Assembly: GCA_041661305.1 (NCBI GenBank)
Contig: JBAZUR010000001.1
Location: 313,986 to 377,985 of the forward strand
Source: Minisyncoccota bacterium
Lineage (GTDB): Bacteria > Patescibacteriota > Minisyncoccia > Phycocordibacterales > VMEP01
DNA length: 64,000 nucleotides
Reading direction: 5' to 3'
Shown here: positions 1 through 8,804 of the stretch, one piece after another
Numbering within the stretch: position 1 is the first letter of the stretch
Layout of the letters: each line of letters begins with the position of its first letter
The notes under the pieces: generated by a model
Database searches by the model: none
Seen by the model: the letters and a program-made list of their open reading frames with translations, nothing else
Told to the model about the DNA's origin: nothing
Translations under genes and position numbers: made by a program

Positions 1-88
1 ACAAAAGAACTCCCAGAAACACCTGTGGCGGAACAAAGACTGAACCAATCCCGCCAACAGCTATTGCCACATCAGTTACCATTTTCAT
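1..88 (-). CDS. hypothetical protein, N-terminal fragment (gene continues beyond window start)
   Basis: ATG at 86-88 on the minus strand with an AGGGGA SD-like motif about 7 nt upstream. The frame MKMVTDVAIAVGGIGSVFVPPQVFLGVLL stays open to the left edge. Too short for the supplied ORF track. Confidence 0.3.
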   Translation of the reverse strand, partial: MKMVTDVAIAVGGIGSVFVPPQVFLGVLL

Positions 89-296
89 CAAAATCCCCTA
101 AACTTGAAACGACAAAATATCAATAATCGCTAGCGCAATTTATACCACTATTTAATACCCGCGTCAAATAAAATATTTTTTGCTTTTGCCCCTAAAAACG
201 CGCATAAAACTTTGCTAAGTTTTTGCTATGCTCGCGCCGTCGCGCTGCTCAATGTTTTTAACAGCAAAAGCTTTGGACTTAAAGAGAAGAAAAACT

Positions 297-911
297 TTAG
301 CTTTTCAGAAAACTTTGGCGGTGGATTTTGGTTGTTCCATATTTCTTGATAGCAAAATAGTGCGCTTTTGTACCATATCCCTTATGTGTTTGAAATCCAT
401 ATCGTGGGAATTTTTTAGCGTATCGCACCATCAACTTATCGCGAGTTACTTTGGCGACAACTGAAGCAATTGAAATAATCTGTATTAAATCGTCACCGTG
501 AATTATGGTTTTTTGATTTTTATATTCTTTCCCCGCCTTCAATCCCCCATCAAGAAATATGTGTGCTTGCTCTGGTTTAACCTTAAGATTTGAAAGAGAT
601 TTGTTTAAGGCGGTTTGTATAGAAAAAACTATTCCTTTTTTATCTATAATTGATGAGCTCACAAAAGAAACTGAAAATTTTATCTCGCCTTCCTTTTGTG
701 CTAGTTTTATTTTCTTAAACCATTCTTCCCTCTTTTTTTCTGAAAGTTTCTTAGAATCGCGAATTCCTTTAAATTCTTTTTTAAGTCTTAAACCATAAAT
801 TGCCGAATTAATGGCAACAGCACCGACAGCTACTGGTCCAGCCAACGGCCCTCGCCCCACCTCATCAACGCCGACAATCCATTTGTGCTTTTTAACCACG
901 ATTTTCTTCAT
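297..911 (-). CDS. rnhB: ribonuclease HII
   Basis: GVDEVGRGPLAGPV motif and overall RNase HII length and pattern. The ORF track extends to 1007, which would overlap the divergent dnaE start. The non-homologous N-terminal 32 aa suggest the real start is the internal Met (MKKIVVKKHKWIVGVDE) at 911. Confidence 0.8.
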   Translation of the reverse strand: MKKIVVKKHKWIVGVDEVGRGPLAGPVAVGAVAINSAIYGLRLKKEFKGIRDSKKLSEKKREEWFKKIKLAQKEGEIKFSVSFVSSSIIDKKGIVFSIQTALNKSLSNLKVKPEQAHIFLDGGLKAGKEYKNQKTIIHGDDLIQIISIASVVAKVTRDKLMVRYAKKFPRYGFQTHKGYGTKAHYFAIKKYGTTKIHRQSFLKS

Positions 912-968
912 ATCCACATGATAGCAGAGTCCCTGTTTGCCTCTGCTATAATAGGCGGAACATAAATC

Positions 969-3900
969 ATGGAGAAAAATTTCGTTCATCTTCATACGCA
1001 TTCCCACTACTCTCTCTTAGACGGGCTCACCAAAGTAGATGCCATGGTAAAACGGGCACAAGAGCTTAAAATGCCCGCCCTCGCTCTGACCGACCACGGC
1101 AATATGTATGGAGCAATAGAATTCTATAAACTCTGCAAAACACACGGAGTAAAACCCATTATTGGCGTTGAGGCATACATCGCCGAGCGAACACGTTTTG
1201 ATAAAGAGCCAAACGTTGATTCAAAGCGCTATCACCTCACCCTTCTCGCCAAAAACGTAACTGGTTATAAAAATCTTTTGAAACTTGTGAGTAAGGCAAA
1301 CCTTGAGGGTTATTACTACAAACCGAGAATGGACAAGGATTTGCTACGAGAACACAGCGAGGGAATCATTTGTCTTTCTGGTTGTTTTGGTGGTGAGCTT
1401 TCTCGTGCCCTCTCTGCACACAATGACGAAAAAGCACGTGCAATAATCGCCGAGTATCAAGATATTTTTGGTAAAGAAAATTATTTCCTTGAAATAATGG
1501 CTCACGTAAAAATGGATGGGGCGAAAGAAGTCCGCGATAAAATTGTTGCGCTTGGTCGTGAACTAAATATTCCTCTTGTTGCTACTCACGATTCGCACTA
1601 TTTAGACGAAGACGACCACAAAGCCCACGACACACTTCTTGCAGTACAAACCGGCTCAGATACCACCGACGCCAATCGCCTCACGTTCGGCAACGACAAC
1701 TTCTCTTTAATAGACGCAAAAAAAGCATATGAACTTTTTAAAGATATTCCCGATGCTGTAGAAAACACCCTCAAAATAGCCGATATGTGCGACATTGAAA
1801 TTGAACTTGGTAAGTGGGTTTTCCCTGACATTAAACTCCCCGAAAGAAGTGCTGACTACGACGAAGAATTAAAAAGTTTAACTTACGAAGGAATAGTTAG
1901 GCGTGAACTTGAAAAAACTACGGAAGTTGTTGAACGTATTGAGTACGAACTAAAAATTATTAAGGACAAAGGCTATGCTCCTTATTTCTTGGTTGTTGCA
2001 GATCTTCTGCGCTTTGCGGCGGAGAACAAAATCTTCACAAACATCAGAGGGTCTGTTGCAGGTTCCATTGTTACGTACCTGACTGGTATTACCAAGGTTA
2101 ATCCACTTGAATACAAACTCCCCTTTGAACGATTCTTAAACCCAGAACGTCCTTCTGCTCCCGATATCGATATGGACTTCGCCGACAATCGTCGCGACGA
2201 GATGATTGAGTATGTAAAACAAAAATATGGAGCTGATAAAGTTGCTCAAATTGGAACATTCGGAACAATGATGGCTCGTGGCGCTGTGCGTGATGTGGCA
2301 AGAGCGCTTGGGCATCCTTACGCAACGGGAGACCGTCTATCAAAACTAATCCCGATGGGTTCACAGGGTTTCCCAATGACAATTGAAAATGCTCTCAAGA
2401 TGACCCCAGAACTTAAGACTATTTATAAAAACGAAAAAGATTCAAAGGAAATTATAGACTTGGCAAAAAAACTTGAAGGGTGCGTGAGACACGTCTCTGT
2501 GCATGCCGCTGGTGTTGTTATTTCCCCTACCCCACTCACCGATTTTACTCCACTACAGTTTGACCCTAAGGGTGGAAAAATTATCACCCAGTACGATATG
2601 TATGTCGTTGAGGATGTTGGTCTTCTAAAGTTCGACTTTCTTGGAATTAGAAACCTTTCAATTCTAGGAAGAGCTGTCGACTTGGTAAAAAAACTCTACG
2701 ACGAAGACGTCGATATTGAACGCATTCCCTTAGATGACAAATTGACATTTGAACTTTTGGCACGAGGCGAGACCGAAGGCTTGTTTCAATTAAACGGCGA
2801 CGGAATGACCCGCTATTTGAAGGAACTTAAGCCAACAACAATTCACGACATTAATGCTATGGTCGCACTTTATCGCCCAGGGCCGATGATTTCTATCCCC
2901 GACTACATTGCCCGCAAACGTAACCCATCTTTAATCAAATACCCAGACCCACGACTAAAAGAGATATTGAAGGAATCCTATGGTGTTATAGCCTATCAAG
3001 ACGATGTTCTTCTAACCGCAATTACACTTGCTGGGTATTCTTGGCTTGAAGCCGACAAGCTCCGCAAGGCCATGGGTAAAAAAATTCCAAAAGAAATGGC
3101 TGCACAAGAAGAAAAGTTTATTTCTGGTTGTGTCGACAAAGGACTGAAGCCAGAGAAAGCTCTTGAAATTTGGAAGCTTATTGAGCCGTTCGCAGCGTAT
3201 GGGTTCAACAAAGCCCATGCAGCAAGCTATGGTCGTGTTTCCTATCAAACCGCATACATGAAGGCTCATTACCCTGCTCCTTATATGGCCGCTATTTTAT
3301 CCGCCGAATCTGGAGACGTTGATAAGGTTGCTGAAATAATTACTGAATGTAAGCACATGAACATAAACGTCTTACCTCCAGATGTAAATGAAAGTTTTGG
3401 CGATTTCACTGTTGTAAAAAACGAAGAAGGAAAAGAAGAAATTCGCTTTGGTTTGATTTCAACAAAAAATCTTGGTGTTGATATCGCAGAGGCAATCATT
3501 ACTGAACGTAAGCAAAACGGAAAATACACATCATTTGCAGATTTTCTAATGCGAGTTAAACACAAAAACTTAAACAAAAAATCTCTTGAAGCTCTAGTTA
3601 AATCTGGAAGTATGGATAAGCTCGGAGAACGTGGTCAATTGCTAGCAAACACGGAAGAAGCGTTAGAGTTTGCTCACGCGGCAAGCCACATAGACACCGC
3701 GCAAGATTCACTTTTTGGAGGAATGGCAGAAGCCCCGCTTGCAACAATCAATCTGAAGCCATCTGAGCCAGCAAAGAAAAGCGACATGTTGGCGTGGGAA
3801 AAAGAACTGCTTGGACTTTATGTTTCCGGACATCCACTTGATCCATGGAAAGAAAAATTAAATGGGCGTGAAATGACAGTAGAGAAATTAAAAGCCACAT

Positions 3901-4157
3901 ACAAAGAAGGAATGCTCGCCGTTGTTGCTGGAATCATTGAGGAATCAAAAGAAGTGATAACAAAAACAAACGACCGAATGGCATTCCTAAAAATATCAGA
4001 TTTTACTGGAACAATGGAAGCGGTTGTGTTCCCAAAACTATACAAAGATGTAAAAGATTTTTGTGTCTCAGATAAATGCGTAATTGCTCGCGGGCGTATA
4101 TCAAAAAGAAACGACGAAACGAGCTTAATCATAGAAGAGCTAAAAGAGCTCAAGTAG
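969..4157 (+). CDS. dnaE: DNA polymerase III alpha subunit (PHP-Pol3 core-OB)
   Basis: N-terminal PHP motif HLHTHSHYSLLDG and ALTDHGNMYG. 1062 aa with a C-terminal OB-fold region. Confidence 0.9.
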   Translation: MEKNFVHLHTHSHYSLLDGLTKVDAMVKRAQELKMPALALTDHGNMYGAIEFYKLCKTHGVKPIIGVEAYIAERTRFDKEPNVDSKRYHLTLLAKNVTGYKNLLKLVSKANLEGYYYKPRMDKDLLREHSEGIICLSGCFGGELSRALSAHNDEKARAIIAEYQDIFGKENYFLEIMAHVKMDGAKEVRDKIVALGRELNIPLVATHDSHYLDEDDHKAHDTLLAVQTGSDTTDANRLTFGNDNFSLIDAKKAYELFKDIPDAVENTLKIADMCDIEIELGKWVFPDIKLPERSADYDEELKSLTYEGIVRRELEKTTEVVERIEYELKIIKDKGYAPYFLVVADLLRFAAENKIFTNIRGSVAGSIVTYLTGITKVNPLEYKLPFERFLNPERPSAPDIDMDFADNRRDEMIEYVKQKYGADKVAQIGTFGTMMARGAVRDVARALGHPYATGDRLSKLIPMGSQGFPMTIENALKMTPELKTIYKNEKDSKEIIDLAKKLEGCVRHVSVHAAGVVISPTPLTDFTPLQFDPKGGKIITQYDMYVVEDVGLLKFDFLGIRNLSILGRAVDLVKKLYDEDVDIERIPLDDKLTFELLARGETEGLFQLNGDGMTRYLKELKPTTIHDINAMVALYRPGPMISIPDYIARKRNPSLIKYPDPRLKEILKESYGVIAYQDDVLLTAITLAGYSWLEADKLRKAMGKKIPKEMAAQEEKFISGCVDKGLKPEKALEIWKLIEPFAAYGFNKAHAASYGRVSYQTAYMKAHYPAPYMAAILSAESGDVDKVAEIITECKHMNINVLPPDVNESFGDFTVVKNEEGKEEIRFGLISTKNLGVDIAEAIITERKQNGKYTSFADFLMRVKHKNLNKKSLEALVKSGSMDKLGERGQLLANTEEALEFAHAASHIDTAQDSLFGGMAEAPLATINLKPSEPAKKSDMLAWEKELLGLYVSGHPLDPWKEKLNGREMTVEKLKATYKEGMLAVVAGIIEESKEVITKTNDRMAFLKISDFTGTMEAVVFPKLYKDVKDFCVSDKCVIARGRISKRNDETSLIIEELKELK

Positions 4158-4202
4158 AAGCCCCTGTTTGGTAAAATCAATAAAATTGCTATTATTGCCC
4201 TT

Positions 4203-5942
4203 ATGACAGAAGAACAATTACAAAGCCTAAGACATTCGCTCGCCCACCTTTTGGCAGCAGCAATTAAAGAGCTTTATCCTGACGCATTACCAGCAATCGG
4301 ACCTGCCATTGAAAATGGCTTCTATTATGACTTTGAGTTCAAAACTCCGATAAGCGACGCGGATCTTCCAAATATAGAAAATGAGATGCGCAAGATTTTA
4401 AAAGACTGGAGCGAGTTTTCTCCACACGAAGTTAGTAAAGACGAAGCACGTGAGGCTTTTTCGGGAAACCCATATAAACTTGAGTTGATCAATGAGATCG
4501 TAGAGCGTGGTGAAAAACTAACCCTTTACGCATCAGGTAATTTCACCGACCTTTGTCGTGGTGGACACGTTGATGATGCAAAAAAAATACACGCTGACGC
4601 ATTTGCTCTCACCCATACAGCTGGTGCCTATTGGCGTGGAAATGAAAAAAATAAAATGCTGACTCGTATCTATGGTCTCGCCTTTGCAAAAAAAGACGCA
4701 CTTGATTCATATCTTGTAATGCAAGAGGAGGCCAAAAAACGCGATCACCGTAAACTCGGTAAAGAACTTGAGCTCTTCACCTTGATTGAAGAAGTTGGTC
4801 AGGGCCTTCCTTTGTTTTACCCAAAAGGAGCAATCCTACGTCGGTTAATTGAAAACTACATAACCGAGGAACAAGAAAAACGTGGGTATTTGCCAATCTG
4901 GATTCCTCACATCACAAAAGGAAAGCTGTACGAAATATCAGGGCACTTGGACAAATACGACGCAATGTACAATCCAATGAAAGTTGATGATGTTGACTAC
5001 TATCTAAAGCCGATGAATTGCCCACACTTCATGATGCTCTACAAGTCGCTTCCTCATTCATACCGCGACTTACCTTTACGCTACACATCAACAACTACAA
5101 ACTACCGCTACGAAAAATCCGGTGAACTCTCCGGCCTCACAAGAGTGCGCTCCCTCACTCAAGACGATTGCCATGTCTTCTGCGAAAGCACCCAGATACA
5201 AGACGAAATAAGGACAATGGTTGAAATGATTGGCGAAACATATAAGGCTTTTGGTTTTAATGATTTTTGGGTTCGCATTTCACTTCGTGATTCTAAAAAT
5301 AAAGGAAAATATCTTGGGGACGATTCTGTTTGGGAAGAAGCAGAGAACGCACTACGTTCTGTCATTTCTAAAACAGGATGGAAATACAAAGAAGCAGAAA
5401 ACGAAGCCGCCTTTTATGGGCCTAAACTTGATTTTATGTTTAAGGATGTTCTAGGACGTGAATGGCAACTATCAACAATACAACTTGATTTTAATCTTCC
5501 TAAAAAATTTGAACTTGAATACACGGACAAGGAAGGTAAGAAATCCCAACCAGTCGTTATCCACCGCGCAATTTTGGGTTCAACCGAGCGTTTTATGGGA
5601 ATTTTAATCGAACACTACGGCGGTGCATTTCCAACGTGGCTCTCCCCTGTCCAAGCAATAATTGTCCCAATTGGAGAAAATCAAATTGACTACGCCAAAA
5701 ATATTGCGAGTTTAATGAGAGAATCCGGTATTAGAATCGAAATTGATTTAAGCAACGAAACACTCGGAAAGAAGATACGTAATGCCAAAACAAGCAAAAC
5801 CCCTTATTTCTTAGTGATTGGCGACAAAGAGGTGGCAAACAACACTGCAACACTTGAGAGCCGTGATGCTGGTCAGATAGGTGCATTTTCAGTTGAAGAA
5901 ATAATTCAAAAACTACAAGCCCAAATAAAGGATAAGAGTTAA
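4203..5942 (+). CDS. thrS: threonyl-tRNA synthetase (lacks N-terminal TGS domain)
   Basis: RHSLAHLLAAAIKELYP (N2 editing-domain start), class II core with HRKLGKELELF. 579 aa. Confidence 0.85.
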   Translation: MTEEQLQSLRHSLAHLLAAAIKELYPDALPAIGPAIENGFYYDFEFKTPISDADLPNIENEMRKILKDWSEFSPHEVSKDEAREAFSGNPYKLELINEIVERGEKLTLYASGNFTDLCRGGHVDDAKKIHADAFALTHTAGAYWRGNEKNKMLTRIYGLAFAKKDALDSYLVMQEEAKKRDHRKLGKELELFTLIEEVGQGLPLFYPKGAILRRLIENYITEEQEKRGYLPIWIPHITKGKLYEISGHLDKYDAMYNPMKVDDVDYYLKPMNCPHFMMLYKSLPHSYRDLPLRYTSTTTNYRYEKSGELSGLTRVRSLTQDDCHVFCESTQIQDEIRTMVEMIGETYKAFGFNDFWVRISLRDSKNKGKYLGDDSVWEEAENALRSVISKTGWKYKEAENEAAFYGPKLDFMFKDVLGREWQLSTIQLDFNLPKKFELEYTDKEGKKSQPVVIHRAILGSTERFMGILIEHYGGAFPTWLSPVQAIIVPIGENQIDYAKNIASLMRESGIRIEIDLSNETLGKKIRNAKTSKTPYFLVIGDKEVANNTATLESRDAGQIGAFSVEEIIQKLQAQIKDKS

Positions 5943-6031
5943 AATATTTTAAATTGGGTTTTATTTTTTCTTAAACTAACCCCATTTTATTTTTTAAAAT
6001 ATTACGGAGCGCGACGGCGTGAGTATAGAAA

Positions 6032-6060
6032 TCCGCCAGCAGGCGGATATTCGCGTTTTT
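6032..6060. terminator. candidate bidirectional terminator between convergent thrS and gyrB
   Basis: Hairpin CCGCC-AGCA-GGCGG followed by T-rich and preceded by A-rich tracts. Lies in the 139-nt convergent gap. Confidence 0.35.
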
Positions 6061-6081
6061 AAAAATAAAAAGAAAAAGAAG

Positions 6082-8130
6082 CTACACGTCCAAATTGGCC
6101 ATCTTAGCGTTCGACTGAATGAATGATTTTCGTGACGGCACATCAGAACCCATGAGAGTCACGAACACCTTCTCTGCATCCTCAGCATCATCAACGGTAA
6201 CTTGCTTTAAGACACGTTTTTCTGGATCCATTGTTGTCTCCCACAACTCCTCTGGGTTCATTTCTCCAAGACCTTTATATCTTTGAATGGAAACCTTCGC
6301 TTCGCGCTTCTTTGTTTTTTCTTCAACTTCTTCTTCGGTTTCTACGTCACCTTCTTCTGTAATTTCTTCAATCTCCTCTAGGGAAACATCTTTACCAACT
6401 ATCTTTATTTTCTCAGCATCAGAGTATGCGTATTTTATATCTTTCCCTTTCTTAATTTTATAAAGAGGTGGCTGAGCAATATACAAAAATCCACCATCAA
6501 TAACTGGCTTAAAGTATCTAAAGAAAAGAGTTAGCAAAAGTGTACGGATATGGGCACCGTCAACGTCGGCATCTGTTGCGATTATTATTTTGTGATAGCG
6601 AAGTTTTGATAAATCAAAAGTATCACCAATCGCTGTACCCATTGCTATAACAAGCGCCCTGATTTCATTTGAAGTGAGCATTTTGTCTATACGAGAACGC
6701 TCTACGTTCAAAATCTTTCCTTTAAGTGGCAAAATTGCTTGCGTGCGACGGTCACGGCCCTGTTTCGAAGAACCACCCGCCGAGTCTCCCTCAACGATAA
6801 ATATTTCTGCCTCCTCAGCATTTCTGGTCTGACAATCAGCGAGCTTACCAGGTAAAGTCATTCCCTCAAGAGCACCCTTACGAAGCACGCTGTCCTTTGC
6901 GGCTTTTGCAGCCTTACGAGCTTTAAGAGCGAGCAAAACTTTATTCAAAATATCGCGAGCGTCATCAGGATTCTCCTCTAGAAAATAGTTGAATGCCTCG
7001 CCAAAAACAGAAGCCACCGCACCTTGCGCCTCCACGCTACCCAATTTACCCTTTGTTTGCCCTTCAAACTGAATTTCACGCAACTTAACAGAGATAACAG
7101 CGGTTATTCCTTCCAAAACATCTTCACCAGTGAGATTTTCTTCTTTCTCTTTGATTATGTTGTTTTTTCGTCCGTATGTGTTTAATACGCGAGTAAGAGC
7201 GGTCTTAAAACCAGTGACGTGAGTTCCACCCTCTACGTTGTAAGTATTGTTTGCGTATGGAATTATTTTTGGAGTTATGTCATCAACATACTGAAGCGCC
7301 ACCTCAACTTGTACTCCGTCTGCCTCTTTCTCAACATAAAAAATATTCTTATGTATCGGCTTTTGTGTCTGGTTATGAAATTTGACCAAAGAGAGCAGTC
7401 CTCCCTCAAAGTAGAAACTCATTGATGGCACCTCAAGACCAAGTTCAGAAAAATAAAACACATTGCTGTCATCAATTTTCCCTTCATACATGCGAGCATC
7501 AATAACACCGATGCGAAGACCCTTCACTAAGTAGGCCTGACCGCGCATGTGATTAACAACCGTGTTCCATTCAAATTTTATTTCTTTAAAAATTTCTTGA
7601 TCAGGTTCAAATGTAACGATGGTTCCGTTTAGTTTTGATGTACCAAATTTTTTAACTGCAGCCTTTTTAACACCTTGTTTGTATTCCTGAAAATGTTTTG
7701 CTCCATCACGATGCACTTCAACTTTTGCATAAAGAGAAAGGGCGTTTACAACTGAGGCCCCAACACCGTGCAAACCTCCAGAAACTTTGTATCCTTCACC
7801 ACCAAACTTACCCCCAGCGTGAAGTGTGGTCATAACAGTCTCGAGCGCAGATACTTTTGTTTTCTTGTGAATCTCGACTGGAATACCGCGACCGTTATCT
7901 GCCACGCGGATACGGTTACCAGGGAGTAAAACAATTTCAATATGATCGGCAAAACCACCCATCGCTTCGTCGCGTGAGTTATCAAAAATTTCCCAAATTA
8001 GATGATGTAGTCCATCAATACCGGTCGTACCGATATACATTCCAGGGCGCTTTCGTACCGGTTCGAGCCCCTCTAAGACTGTAATATCTTGAGCGTCGTA
8101 GTGATGTCCGTTTCCTTTCTTTTCAGCCAT
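6082..8130 (-). CDS. gyrB: DNA gyrase subunit B (type IIA topoisomerase B subunit)
   Basis: HATPase N-terminus (GLHHLIWEIFDNSRDE), TOPRIM motif EGDSAGGSSKQGRDRRTQAILPLKGKILNVE, acidic C-terminal tail. ParE cannot be fully excluded. Confidence 0.8.
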   Translation of the reverse strand: MAEKKGNGHHYDAQDITVLEGLEPVRKRPGMYIGTTGIDGLHHLIWEIFDNSRDEAMGGFADHIEIVLLPGNRIRVADNGRGIPVEIHKKTKVSALETVMTTLHAGGKFGGEGYKVSGGLHGVGASVVNALSLYAKVEVHRDGAKHFQEYKQGVKKAAVKKFGTSKLNGTIVTFEPDQEIFKEIKFEWNTVVNHMRGQAYLVKGLRIGVIDARMYEGKIDDSNVFYFSELGLEVPSMSFYFEGGLLSLVKFHNQTQKPIHKNIFYVEKEADGVQVEVALQYVDDITPKIIPYANNTYNVEGGTHVTGFKTALTRVLNTYGRKNNIIKEKEENLTGEDVLEGITAVISVKLREIQFEGQTKGKLGSVEAQGAVASVFGEAFNYFLEENPDDARDILNKVLLALKARKAAKAAKDSVLRKGALEGMTLPGKLADCQTRNAEEAEIFIVEGDSAGGSSKQGRDRRTQAILPLKGKILNVERSRIDKMLTSNEIRALVIAMGTAIGDTFDLSKLRYHKIIIATDADVDGAHIRTLLLTLFFRYFKPVIDGGFLYIAQPPLYKIKKGKDIKYAYSDAEKIKIVGKDVSLEEIEEITEEGDVETEEEVEEKTKKREAKVSIQRYKGLGEMNPEELWETTMDPEKRVLKQVTVDDAEDAEKVFVTLMGSDVPSRKSFIQSNAKMANLDV

Positions 8131-8230
8131 ATTTTAAGGGTTAAATCAAAAAAGCGCCTTCGCTTTGTTAGAGAAAGTATAGCAGAAAACGACCCAAAAC
8201 GAAAGCTTTTTTACGAGAAAATATAGTGAA

Positions 8231-8788
8231 TTATGGCTTGAAAAATATAGCCATTCTGCGCCAATCATGCTTAAAGGATTTGATATCAACAAACAGGTCT
8301 TTACCTTGCTCTTTTGATAAAGATTCAGGCTCATTAAAGTAAAACCCCGTAAGTTGTCCTTTCCTCTCTGGAAACTCAATTCCATCATTTTCTTCGTAGC
8401 CAGTTAGGACAACCATGTGGAACTTTGTCTGACCAAGCGTATATTTCGAAACAGAAACAATCACGGGTCGCCCATCTTTGAGTTCATCGTGTATTTTTTG
8501 TAATCCCAAAATTTCTCCTATCTTCTCCCCCCTTTCAGAATTTAAACCATATTCCTTGGCGGTCTTCACAAAGTAATCATGGAACCAGCCAGATGGTCCA
8601 TACCCACCATCTTTCTTTCCCCTTTCACACATCTCTAAAAGTGGTGGAGTTTTTTTACTATCAACCTTCGAAGAAAGGTGATAATCAAGAACCATTTTCA
8701 AACACACCATTCCACAAGCCCGTGGCATCCAATAAGGATCGTTGTTTACATCCAGAAATTGTGAGTAATATGGAACGTTTAATTTCAT
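8231..8788 (-). CDS. Peptidase_C39_2-like cysteine peptidase (papain fold), cytoplasmic
   Basis: VPYYSQ...PRACGMVCLKMVL (Cys) and FHMVVLTGYEEND (His) match the C39_2 pattern. No signal peptide or TM segment. Confidence 0.6.
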   Translation of the reverse strand: MKLNVPYYSQFLDVNNDPYWMPRACGMVCLKMVLDYHLSSKVDSKKTPPLLEMCERGKKDGGYGPSGWFHDYFVKTAKEYGLNSERGEKIGEILGLQKIHDELKDGRPVIVSVSKYTLGQTKFHMVVLTGYEENDGIEFPERKGQLTGFYFNEPESLSKEQGKDLFVDIKSFKHDWRRMAIFFKP

Positions 8789-8804
8789 TAGAATATTATT
8801 TTTA

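Noticed and set aside
228-464. 78-aa plus-strand ORF upstream of and overlapping rnhB
   Set aside because: Antisense to and overlapping the RNase HII gene. No motifs, low-complexity composition. Likely spurious.
912-1007. Apparent 39-nt head-to-head overlap of rnhB and dnaE start codons
   Set aside because: Resolved by using the internal Met at 911 as the rnhB start. The 32 extra N-terminal residues have no RNase HII homology.
8146-8388. 80-aa minus-strand ORF between gyrB and the C39-like gene
   Set aside because: Overlaps the 3' end of the C39-like gene in another frame. Hydrophobic, low-complexity sequence with no motifs.
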